DNA of 64,000 nt from assembly GCA_017513085.1 (NCBI GenBank), contig JAFWDK010000010.1, positions 224,001 through 288,000 on the forward strand. Reading direction: 5' to 3'. Source of the stretch: Clostridiales bacterium. Its GTDB lineage: Bacteria; Bacillota; Clostridia; Saccharofermentanales; Saccharofermentanaceae. Positions 10,288 through 18,663 of this stretch are shown piece by piece; position 1 is the stretch's first letter; each line of letters opens with the position of its first letter. The translations under genes and the position numbers were made by a program. The notes beneath the pieces were generated by a model, which was not told where the DNA came from, ran no database searches, and saw only the letters and a list, made by a program, of their open reading frames with translations.

Positions 10288-11296
10288 AAAAAGACGGTTG
10301 AGAATCGGTTCGTTTGTATTGGAGGCCAGTATTGCGACACCGATCGTGGTCGTTCTTTTGGCAGCCATGCTATCGTCAATGACTGCGATCAACTCGGAAT
10401 TATACGTCCAAAGAGCAACGGAAAATGTTGTACAGGAGATCAATCTGGCGATTCCGATTGCTTCACAAGGCTTTTCATGTATTGATGATATAGCTAAATT
10501 CTTTGGAGTAGGTGATCTGCTCGATGTTGATACCAAGGATATTGATACATTTTTAGGCGCTTTTGGAGCAGTGAGCGGAGCAACAGACGTTGATTTCGAA
10601 GATATAGTCGGTACTGTTGCGTTTGGCCGATTGGTAAGAGACAGGATCGTGAACGAGTACCGGAAAATATGTAAGAATAATTGGGTCGCTACAGATCTTT
10701 TAAAAACAATGTCTGTATATTTGGACTATGATAAAGAGAAAAAGTGTATCTTTGTCGATGTTTACTATGAGCTATCAGCAGGCAAGATCTCTTTGTTCCG
10801 AAAGTACTGCACAACGGTTTCCATGTATGCAGATCCGATCCAACGTCCGGAACAGGATCCGGGGAATGGCGAGCAGACTGATTCCATATGGGATCAGGAT
10901 AATTTTGGCAGGGGAATTGCGTTAAGAAAGAAATATGGTGGAAATCTACCGCACAACTATCCTGTTATAAGCGCTTTTAAGGATCATGAAGCGACTTCTG
11001 TCAAAAGCATCGATACAACCTCGCCGTACTATCAAAATCTTACAAAACTGACAGGCGTAGTAAAAGGATATATTGATGATCTGGCGGATTTTCAAGGCGC
11101 CAACTGGGGTGATACTTCTATTTCCGGAGATGATATCCACTCGAGAAAACTCATAATCGTCATTCCTGAGAACGGATCGGAAGAGTGTACTGCAGCAATC
11201 GAGCAATTACGCGCATATGCGGAAAGCCGTGGAGTGAAGCTTCAAATCGAATCTTATGGGGAATCCCACAAATATACTCAAGAACCCGAGCAGTAG
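10274..11296 (+). CDS. TadE-like minor pilin with C-terminal CdiA-CT EC869-like nuclease-fold domain
   Basis: Basic leader then G|SFVLEASIATPIV (TadE motif); C-terminal RG...GGNLP.NYPVI..F....ATSVKSIDT...Y...IDDLADF.G......I....I.SRKL.IVIP...YA..RGVKLQI. Confidence 0.75.
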   Translation: MRIIRKRRLRIGSFVLEASIATPIVVVLLAAMLSSMTAINSELYVQRATENVVQEINLAIPIASQGFSCIDDIAKFFGVGDLLDVDTKDIDTFLGAFGAVSGATDVDFEDIVGTVAFGRLVRDRIVNEYRKICKNNWVATDLLKTMSVYLDYDKEKKCIFVDVYYELSAGKISLFRKYCTTVSMYADPIQRPEQDPGNGEQTDSIWDQDNFGRGIALRKKYGGNLPHNYPVISAFKDHEATSVKSIDTTSPYYQNLTKLTGVVKGYIDDLADFQGANWGDTSISGDDIHSRKLIIVIPENGSEECTAAIEQLRAYAESRGVKLQIESYGESHKYTQEPEQ

Positions 11297-11330
11297 CATT
11301 ATATTATATATAAATATATACAAAAAAAAG

Positions 11331-11359
11331 TTGTCATTGAGCAAACCTTGCTGTATATT
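11331..11359 (+). promoter_or_regulatory. Sigma-A-like promoter for the small ORF-yerC-secA unit
   Basis: TTGTCA-17 bp-TATATT with an AT-rich upstream tract. Confidence 0.55.
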
Positions 11360-11406
11360 ATTAGTGCTGATAATTTGAGTAATTGTGTTTACTTGGAGGA
11401 GAAGAC

Positions 11407-11646
11407 TTGAAACAGGGAAGCGAGCAAGTACGTGAAGTAGGCAGTTCCCGGCAATCCGGCGGATTCAAGGATCGGGAAAGAGATCTTCCGATCGGAGATG
11501 TTTTGCGTAAACATTACCGGGAGCTTATGACCAAGCGTTTGTTGGTTTTAACTGTTGTCATTCTTCTAATCCTTTTGGTGGTCATTTTTACTGTTAATGG
11601 CTTTTTCGGCCGCATGTTTGATACACTGATGGGATTTGTGGATTGA
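11407..11646 (+). CDS. Small single-pass membrane protein
   Basis: GGAGG 7 nt before TTG; C-terminal hydrophobic helix. Confidence 0.6.
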   Translation: MKQGSEQVREVGSSRQSGGFKDRERDLPIGDVLRKHYRELMTKRLLVLTVVILLILLVVIFTVNGFFGRMFDTLMGFVD

Positions 11647-11653
11647 GGTTATT

Positions 11654-11983
11654 GTGAACGACAAGCTTAAAGACAAACATATGGATGATCTTTTTGACGC
11701 GATTCTTACATTGAAGACTCGTGAAGAGTGTTATTCTTTGTTTGAAGATCTTTGCACGATATCTGAGATCAAATCTTTGGCACAAAGGTTTCAAGTAGCG
11801 ATACTTCTTGCTAAAGGGCATACATACTCCGAGATATTCGATGAGACCGGTGTCAGCACAGCGACGATCAGTCGCGTAAAGCGTTGCCTGGATTATGGTG
11901 CCGACGGCTATAGAACCGTTCTTAGCCGTATGGAAATTGATCCTGTCAATGCTGATAAAGGGAAAATGAAAGGGAACGAGTAA
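11654..11983 (+). CDS. YerC/YecD family TrpR-like protein
   Basis: LFDAILTL...ECY..FEDLCT..E...LAQR...TYSEI...TG.STATISRV.RCL.YG.DGY. Confidence 0.9.
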   Translation: MNDKLKDKHMDDLFDAILTLKTREECYSLFEDLCTISEIKSLAQRFQVAILLAKGHTYSEIFDETGVSTATISRVKRCLDYGADGYRTVLSRMEIDPVNADKGKMKGNE

Positions 11984-11985
11984 AA

Positions 11986-14811
11986 ATGAGTATTATTACC
12001 AAAATCTTTGGTACGCACAGTGATCACGAGATCAAGCGCATTATGCCGATTGTTGAATCTATAGAGAAGCTTTCTGACCGCTTTTCCGATATGTCTGAGG
12101 CTGAACTTCGTGGTATGTCGGATGTTTTGAAGAAGAGACTTGCCAATGGTGAAACAACTGATGATATCCTTCCTGAAGCTTTCGCTACGATTCGTGAAGC
12201 AGCGTGGAGAGTCTTGGGAATGCGCCCTTACCGAGTACAATTAATTGGTGGTATTATCCTGCATCAGGGTCGTATTGCTGAAATGAAGACCGGTGAAGGT
12301 AAGACTTTGGTTGCTACTCTCCCGGTTTACTTAAATGCGCTGACAGGCAGAGGCGTTCACGTTGTAACTGTAAACGATTACCTGGCTCGACGCGATAGTG
12401 AGTGGATGGGTAAGGTTTACAGATATCTCGGTCTTTCTGTCGGCTTGATCGTTCATGATCTCGACAACACCGAGCGCCGTAAAGCTTATAATTCCGATAT
12501 CACCTACGGAACAAACAATGAATTCGGATTCGATTATCTCCGTGACAACATGGTCGACAAGAAAGAAAAGATGGTTCAGAGAGAATTGGCCTTTGCAATT
12601 GTCGACGAGGTTGATAGTATTCTCATCGATGAAGCTCGTACACCTCTTATTATTTCCGGTATGGGCGGTGAGTCTTCCGATATGTATACGAAAGCGGACC
12701 GCTTTGTTAAGACATTGAAGAAATTTGTCGTAGTTGAAACAGATGAAAAAGTTGATATCGACGATATCAGCGGTGATTGCGACTATGTTGTTGACGAAAA
12801 AGCCAAGACGGCCGTTCTTACTGCAAATGGTATCAGCAAAGCAGAGAAACATTTTAATGTAAAGAATCTTTCCGATCCGGAAAACTTTGACCTGCAGCAC
12901 TATATTAACAATGCTTTGAAGGCTAACGGTACGATGGAGCGTGACCAGAAGTATGTTGTTACCAACGGAGAAGTTATTATCGTTGATGACTTTACCGGTC
13001 GTCTTATGTATGGGCGTCGTTTCAGTGATGGACTCCACCAGGCGATTGAAGCCAAAGAGGGTGTAAAGGTCGAGCGTGAGTCTAAAACATTGGCCACGAT
13101 CACGTTCCAGAACTATTTCCGTATGTATGACAAACTTGCAGGTATGACCGGTACGGCCTACACAGAGGAAGCCGAATTCCGTCAGATCTATAGTTTGGAT
13201 GTTATTCAGATCCCGACAAACAGACCGATTGCACGTATTGATGAACATGATGCTGTTTATAAGAACCAGAGCGGTAAGTATGCAGCTGTTTTGAGACAGG
13301 TTAAGGAAGCTCATGAAAAGGGACAGCCTGTTCTTGTCGGTACTGTTGAAGTTAGCAAATCCGAGTTCTTGTCGAAGATCTTTACCCGTGCAGGTATCAA
13401 GCATGAAGTCCTGAATGCGAAGAACCACTTACGAGAGGCTGAAATCGTTGCACAGGCCGGACGTTATGGTGCGGTTACGATCGCTACGAATATGGCTGGT
13501 CGTGGTACGGATATTCTTCTCGGAGGTAACCCGGAGTTTATGGCTAAGCAGGAAATGCGCAAACTTGGTTATTCCGAGGAATTGATCGATGCATCCACTG
13601 CGTATAATGAGACTGATGATGAGCTGATCCTTGAAGCTCGTCAGCGTTTTACCACTTTGAATAAAGAGTTCAAAGAGAAGATCAAAGAAGAAACAGAAAA
13701 AGTTGTCGAAGCCGGCGGTTTGTTCATTATCGGTACAGAACGACATGAGTCACGTCGTATTGACAATCAGTTGCGTGGTCGTGCCGGTCGTCAGGGTGAC
13801 CCGGGACGTACGAAGTTCTTCCTTGCTCTGGATGATGACTTGATGCGTCTGTTTGGTGGTGAGCGTGCCAATGCTGCTTTTGAGGCACTGGGTGTTGATG
13901 AAACGGTTGAGATCCAGAATGGTCTTCTTTCCAGACAGATCGAGAGTGCGCAGAAAAAGGTTGAGGGTAACAACTTCAGCATTCGCCGTCACGTACTTGA
14001 GTATGACGATGTTATGAACGTTCAGCGTAATCTTATTTATGAGCAGAGACGCAAGGTGCTTGATGGTGATGATATTCACGATACGATCAAGAAAATGCTC
14101 TCTACTGTTGCGGAGAGAACTGTTAGCAACGTTGCCCTTGACGGAACGATCAACAGTGAGGAATGCGTGGGATTAAAGGCTACTATCCTCGATGTATTCG
14201 GAGATGTTGATGTTGTTAACGACCTTTCTAAAGCTGTGAACAATAAGGAATCTGTTGATGCTTCCGAGATTTCTGAAGCTTTGGTTGAGCAGGGTCTTGA
14301 AAAACTTGAGAGTCGTGATGAAGAGCTTACTCCGGAAGTCTTCCGCGAAGCAGAACGTCAGATCTTGTTATTTAATGTTGACCAGAAGTGGATGGATCAT
14401 ATTGATGCTATGGATCAGCTCCGTAATGCTATCGGAATGAGAAGTGTAGGACAGAAGGATCCGGTTGTTGAGTACAGACTCGAGGGTTCTGAGATGTTCG
14501 ATGAGATGAATATGCTCATTCAGAATGATACGGTTCGTCTGATCATGAAGGCCAATATTGAAGCTGGTCAGAAAATTGAGAGAAAGTCTTCTGTTAAGAA
14601 ACTCCAGGAGGGGCACGGAAATTCGCAGTTGGATGCTGTTGCTAAGCGTGCACAGTCAGGCGTGGATGCCAAGGCACATCAGCAGGCTGGAACAACTGAA
14701 AACCGCGAGCCCGCTAAGAGAGACTCTAAGAAGGTAGGACGTAATGATCCGTGTCCTTGTGGATCCGGAAAGAAGTATAAGAATTGCTGCGGAAAGGACG
14801 CGAATGACTGA
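11986..14811 (+). CDS. secA: Preprotein translocase ATPase SecA
   Basis: MKTGEGKT, DEVDSILIDEARTPLIISG, TNMAGRGTDI, RRIDNQLRGRAGRQGDPG and a C-terminal SEC-C motif. Confidence 0.99.
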   Translation: MSIITKIFGTHSDHEIKRIMPIVESIEKLSDRFSDMSEAELRGMSDVLKKRLANGETTDDILPEAFATIREAAWRVLGMRPYRVQLIGGIILHQGRIAEMKTGEGKTLVATLPVYLNALTGRGVHVVTVNDYLARRDSEWMGKVYRYLGLSVGLIVHDLDNTERRKAYNSDITYGTNNEFGFDYLRDNMVDKKEKMVQRELAFAIVDEVDSILIDEARTPLIISGMGGESSDMYTKADRFVKTLKKFVVVETDEKVDIDDISGDCDYVVDEKAKTAVLTANGISKAEKHFNVKNLSDPENFDLQHYINNALKANGTMERDQKYVVTNGEVIIVDDFTGRLMYGRRFSDGLHQAIEAKEGVKVERESKTLATITFQNYFRMYDKLAGMTGTAYTEEAEFRQIYSLDVIQIPTNRPIARIDEHDAVYKNQSGKYAAVLRQVKEAHEKGQPVLVGTVEVSKSEFLSKIFTRAGIKHEVLNAKNHLREAEIVAQAGRYGAVTIATNMAGRGTDILLGGNPEFMAKQEMRKLGYSEELIDASTAYNETDDELILEARQRFTTLNKEFKEKIKEETEKVVEAGGLFIIGTERHESRRIDNQLRGRAGRQGDPGRTKFFLALDDDLMRLFGGERANAAFEALGVDETVEIQNGLLSRQIESAQKKVEGNNFSIRRHVLEYDDVMNVQRNLIYEQRRKVLDGDDIHDTIKKMLSTVAERTVSNVALDGTINSEECVGLKATILDVFGDVDVVNDLSKAVNNKESVDASEISEALVEQGLEKLESRDEELTPEVFREAERQILLFNVDQKWMDHIDAMDQLRNAIGMRSVGQKDPVVEYRLEGSEMFDEMNMLIQNDTVRLIMKANIEAGQKIERKSSVKKLQEGHGNSQLDAVAKRAQSGVDAKAHQQAGTTENREPAKRDSKKVGRNDPCPCGSGKKYKNCCGKDAND

Positions 14812-15637
14812 TCAAGGCATTTTAGATAAAATCAAGGAAGCTGCGGATTATATCTCTGGCGTTTTGCCTGAGATACCGGATACATGCCTGGTTCTTGGAT
14901 CCGGATTGGGTTCTTTGACCGATCGTGTGAATATTCTTTCAACGATTTCTTATTCGCAGATCCCTCACTTTTTTGCAACCACTGTTCCCGGACATGAAGG
15001 CGTGCTTGTATATGGCGAGCTTTCCGGCAAGAAAACTTTGATCATGAAAGGCCGCTTTCATTTCTACGAAGGTCATAGTACACAGGATATTACTTTCTAT
15101 GTCCGTGTTATGGCTAAACTGGGCGTTAAGAATCTTATCCTGACCAATGCTGCCGGTGGAATCAACGAGAAGATGAAGCCAAGTGAGCTGATGGTTATTA
15201 CGGATCATATTTCTTTTTTGTGTGATTCTCCGCTTAGAGGCCCGCATCATGATGAATTCGGCGTTCGTTTCCCTGATCAGACAACTGTTTATGATAAACA
15301 GTTTATTTCGATACTTTCTGATTGCGCACGTGAATTGAATATTCCTTTACATCAGGGTGTGTATATGTATACGAGAGGCCCTCAGTATGAAACACCTGCA
15401 GAAATCCGTGTTTGCAAGGCGATTGGTGCCGATGCGGTCGGTATGTCTACGGTAGCTGAATCTATTTGCGCATCTCAAAGCGGATTGCGCGTTATGGCAG
15501 TTTCTTGTATCACCAATCTTGCTGCCGGTATATCTCCTACGCCTCTTAGTCACAAAGAAGTGATGGAAAATGCGTTAGCTGCTTCAGACAACAGCATTGC
15601 TTTGCTTGAAAAATTCTTTTCAAAATTGGAGGAATAA
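14804..15637 (+). CDS. punA: Purine nucleoside phosphorylase (trimeric family)
   Basis: VLGSGLG, GRFHFYEG, LTNAAGG, GPQYETPAE, DAVGMST and SCITN. Confidence 0.92.
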   Translation: MTDQGILDKIKEAADYISGVLPEIPDTCLVLGSGLGSLTDRVNILSTISYSQIPHFFATTVPGHEGVLVYGELSGKKTLIMKGRFHFYEGHSTQDITFYVRVMAKLGVKNLILTNAAGGINEKMKPSELMVITDHISFLCDSPLRGPHHDEFGVRFPDQTTVYDKQFISILSDCARELNIPLHQGVYMYTRGPQYETPAEIRVCKAIGADAVGMSTVAESICASQSGLRVMAVSCITNLAAGISPTPLSHKEVMENALAASDNSIALLEKFFSKLEE

Positions 15638-15638
15638 T

Positions 15639-16901
15639 ATGAGTGAACTGCCTCTTTATGAGATCAAGGATATTGCGTTAGCCCCAAGCGGACACCATAA
15701 GATCGATTGGGCATATAGAAATATGCCTGTCCTTCGTGCTATTGAAAAGGAACTTCAGGAAACAAAGCCTTTTGAGGGATTGAAGATTTCGGTTAGTGTG
15801 CATGTGGAAGCAAAGACGGCATGCCTTGCTTTGGTTCTTCGTGAAGGTGGAGCAGATGTAGCTTTGACTGGATGTAATCCGTTGTCAACTCAGGATGATG
15901 TTGCTGCGGCACTTGTTGAGCGTGGAATGAAAGTTTACTGTATCCATGGCGCAGATCCGGAAACATACAGAAAGCATCTTGCTATGACGCTTGCTTTTGG
16001 ACCGGATATTGTGATTGACGATGGTGGAGATCTTGCCATGTTGCTTCATTCTACCCACAGTCATCTGGTTCCTAAACTTCTTGGTGCATGTGAAGAGACT
16101 ACTACCGGTGTCCACAGACTTAAAATCCTTGAGGAAGAAGGCCGCTTGGCTTATCCGGTAATTGCTGTTAACGATGCTCGTTGTAAACATCTTTTTGATA
16201 ACCGGTTTGGTACCGGTCAATCTGTTTGGACTGCTATAATGGCGACGACAAATCTTGTAGTTGCCGGTAAACAGGTTGTTGTAGCCGGTTTCGGTATGTG
16301 CGGAAAGGGCGTTGCTCTTCGTGCCAAAGGAATGGGCGCCAGAGTTATCGTTACAGAGATCGATCCTGTTAAGGCGTGTGAAGCTATCATGGAAGGTTAT
16401 GAAGTGATGACCATGGATCAGGCTGCTCCTTTGGGCGATGTGTTTGTAACGGTTACAGGTTGCAAAGATGTAATTACTACAAAGCATTTTAAAAAGATGA
16501 AAGATGGCGCAATTTGCTGTAATGCCGGGCATTTTGATGTGGAAATCAACCTTGTGCAGTTGGCTTCTTTGGCTGTGAAAAAAGAAGTTCTTCGAAATAA
16601 TATCGAGGGATACGTGCTAGAGGATGGTCGTACGATTTGTATTCTTGCGGAAGGACGACTTGTTAACCTGGCTTCCGGTGATGGTCATCCTGTTGAGATC
16701 ATGGATATGAGTTTTGCTCTTCAAGCACAGAGCGCTCGGTATATTGCCGAGCATGGCGCTACTTTGGCTAAACATGTATATGATACGCCGGAAGCTATTG
16801 ATAATCGAGTTGGTGAATTCCTCTTAAAGGCTAAAGGGTGTTCAATTGATAAATTGACGCCAGAGCAGGATCATTATATTCATTCTTGGGATCTGGAGTA
16901 A
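15639..16901 (+). CDS. ahcY: Adenosylhomocysteinase (SAH/SIH hydrolase)
   Basis: HVEAKT, CNPLSTQDDVA, DDGGD, EETTTG, KHLFDNRFGTGQS, NAGHFD and GRLVNL..GDGHP. Confidence 0.95.
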   Translation: MSELPLYEIKDIALAPSGHHKIDWAYRNMPVLRAIEKELQETKPFEGLKISVSVHVEAKTACLALVLREGGADVALTGCNPLSTQDDVAAALVERGMKVYCIHGADPETYRKHLAMTLAFGPDIVIDDGGDLAMLLHSTHSHLVPKLLGACEETTTGVHRLKILEEEGRLAYPVIAVNDARCKHLFDNRFGTGQSVWTAIMATTNLVVAGKQVVVAGFGMCGKGVALRAKGMGARVIVTEIDPVKACEAIMEGYEVMTMDQAAPLGDVFVTVTGCKDVITTKHFKKMKDGAICCNAGHFDVEINLVQLASLAVKKEVLRNNIEGYVLEDGRTICILAEGRLVNLASGDGHPVEIMDMSFALQAQSARYIAEHGATLAKHVYDTPEAIDNRVGEFLLKAKGCSIDKLTPEQDHYIHSWDLE

Positions 16902-16904
16902 AAA

Positions 16905-18227
16905 ATGGGTAAAGCCGTTCTTTTTTCTGATTTTACAATTGTCACATCACACGATGATTATTCCGTAAGTGTTCTGGAACACGCTTATTGCGTGATTTTT
17001 AACGATCGGATACGATATGTTGGCTCTTCTTCAGATGATGCGGGTAAGATTGTTTCTGAAGTTTCCGGAAACGACTATGAAGTATATGATGGTAAGAATA
17101 AGATTCTTTGTCCGACATTTGCCAATGCGCATGCTCATATGTCTATGTCTATCTTCCGTAATATTGCTGATGATTATGCTTTGAATGATTGGCTTTTCGG
17201 AGAGATCATTCCTAGGGAAGATAAGATGATCGAAGGTGATTTCCGATATGGTCATCTGCTCTCTATTGCGGAAATGATCGAGAGTGGAACTGCTTGCGCT
17301 GCTAATATGTATGATGGCGCCTTAATAACAACTCCTGTCTCTTCGGAGGCGGGTTTCCGTGTGCAACAGACTATTATGGGTAAAAAGTGTGTAGACGGGA
17401 AGTGGTCAGCTAACGAGAAAGATGTTGATGAGTTCTATGCTGTATGCAAGAATCTGAATTCTGATCTGATCCAGGGAAGTCTTCTGGTTCATTCTATTTA
17501 TCTTTATCCGGAAGAGCTGTATCCGGCGCTTACAGAACTGGCGCAAAAGTATAAACTGCCAATCAGTGTTCATATTTCCGAGACTTTGGTTGAGAATGAG
17601 AACTGTATGAAGCAGTATGGTTGCTCTCCGGTGGAGAAACTGAATTCATTTAATATGCTTACTGATACTACCGTTGCGGCACACTGTGTTCATTTAAATG
17701 ATGCTGATCGTTCGATCCTTTCTGAGAAGGGCGTGTGGGTTGCGCATAATCCATCTAGTAATATGAAACTTGCGTCCGGATTTGCGGATACCATGTCGAT
17801 GGATAAGATGAGTGTAAGACTTTGCCTGGGTACTGACGGTGCGGCGAGTAATAACAATCAGGATATGTTTATGGAGATGCGACTGGCTGCTTTCATGGCT
17901 AAAGGTTCAACTTTGGATCCGACGATTCTGCCTGCTTCCAAAGTGTTCCATATGGCTACCCGTAATGGATATCTGGCTTGTGGTTTTTCTGACTGTGGTA
18001 TTATAGAAGAAGGCATGAAAGCGGATATTCAAATCATTGATTATGACTGTCCTCAGATGTGGCCTCTCGGAAACCCGGTTTCGGCACTTGTTTATTCCTG
18101 CGGACCAAAGTGTGTCGAGTCTGTCATGATCAACGGAGATTTCGTGTTATATAAGCATGAATTGACAAAGATCGATCTGGAGAGAGTTAAAGCAGAAACC
18201 AAGAAGACGATGGAACGTTTGAGATAA
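16905..18227 (+). CDS. mtaD: Amidohydrolase, MTA/SAH deaminase-like
   Basis: NAHAH, HSIY, HISET, AAHCV, HNPSSNMKLASG and LGTDGAASNN; adjacent to ahcY and punA. Confidence 0.8.
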   Translation: MGKAVLFSDFTIVTSHDDYSVSVLEHAYCVIFNDRIRYVGSSSDDAGKIVSEVSGNDYEVYDGKNKILCPTFANAHAHMSMSIFRNIADDYALNDWLFGEIIPREDKMIEGDFRYGHLLSIAEMIESGTACAANMYDGALITTPVSSEAGFRVQQTIMGKKCVDGKWSANEKDVDEFYAVCKNLNSDLIQGSLLVHSIYLYPEELYPALTELAQKYKLPISVHISETLVENENCMKQYGCSPVEKLNSFNMLTDTTVAAHCVHLNDADRSILSEKGVWVAHNPSSNMKLASGFADTMSMDKMSVRLCLGTDGAASNNNQDMFMEMRLAAFMAKGSTLDPTILPASKVFHMATRNGYLACGFSDCGIIEEGMKADIQIIDYDCPQMWPLGNPVSALVYSCGPKCVESVMINGDFVLYKHELTKIDLERVKAETKKTMERLR

Positions 18228-18267
18228 GACTCTCTATCGTATTCAGCGATACGGAGTCTTCCGATAT

Positions 18268-18344
18268 GCGCTTATAGCTCAGCAGGATAGAGCGTCCGCC
18301 TCCTAAGCGGAAGGCCGCTGGTTCGAATCCAGTTAAGTGCACCA
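18268..18344 (+). tRNA. tRNA-Arg(CCT)
   Basis: Acceptor GCGCTTA/TAAGTGC, anticodon arm TCCGC-CTCCTAA-GCGGA, GTTCGAATCC, encoded CCA. Confidence 0.96.
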
Positions 18345-18345
18345 T

Positions 18346-18380
18346 AAAAGGCGTCTCAACATTTTGAGACGCCTTTTTCT
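18346..18380 (+). terminator. Terminator after tRNA-Arg
   Basis: aaaaggcgtctcaa-catt-ttgagacgcctttt. Confidence 0.85.
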
Positions 18381-18460
18381 TTCTTCCCATTCATATAATT
18401 CATGGTATACTTGAAATAGATGTATTCGATACATTTAATACTTGTATAGGGGGGATGGCA

Positions 18461-18625
18461 ATGTTAACAAGCGCATTTTGTTTATCCAAACTTGTCCGAA
18501 CAGGCGATGTTGTTGACGCACTTACGAAATATGGCCCGATTTGCTTATTTGGCATAGGTTTTTTGATTTTTCTGATATTAGCGATCCTCTCTTGGAAAGA
18601 GTATGTACATGGTAAAAGAAAATAA
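18461..18625 (+). CDS. Small membrane protein (54 aa), not in the ORF track
   Basis: Hand translation MLTSAFCLSKLVRTGDVVDALTKYGPICLFGIGFLIFLILAILSWKEYVHGKRK; AGGGGGG RBS; one TM with a basic tail; terminator follows. Confidence 0.6.
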   Translation: MLTSAFCLSKLVRTGDVVDALTKYGPICLFGIGFLIFLILAILSWKEYVHGKRK

Positions 18626-18652
18626 AAACTGCCTTTCGGCAGTTTTTATTTT
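18619..18652. terminator. Bidirectional terminator between convergent genes
   Basis: aaaataaaaactgcc-tttc-ggcagtttttatttt. Confidence 0.85.
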
Positions 18653-18663
18653 CTTTGATCAAC

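Noticed and set aside
10886-11646. Active toxin-immunity pair
   Set aside because: The catalytic acidic residues appear substituted, and the next ORF is a membrane peptide behind its own promoter rather than a tightly coupled immunity gene.
12331-14616. Chain of long antisense ORFs inside secA (similar ones lie inside ddh, ahcY and the isomerase)
   Set aside because: Same shadow-ORF effect; the sense genes are unambiguous.
18187-18390. Short ORFs overlapping tRNA-Arg, and likewise 43353-43544 over tRNA-Leu
   Set aside because: They are translations of tRNA sequence.
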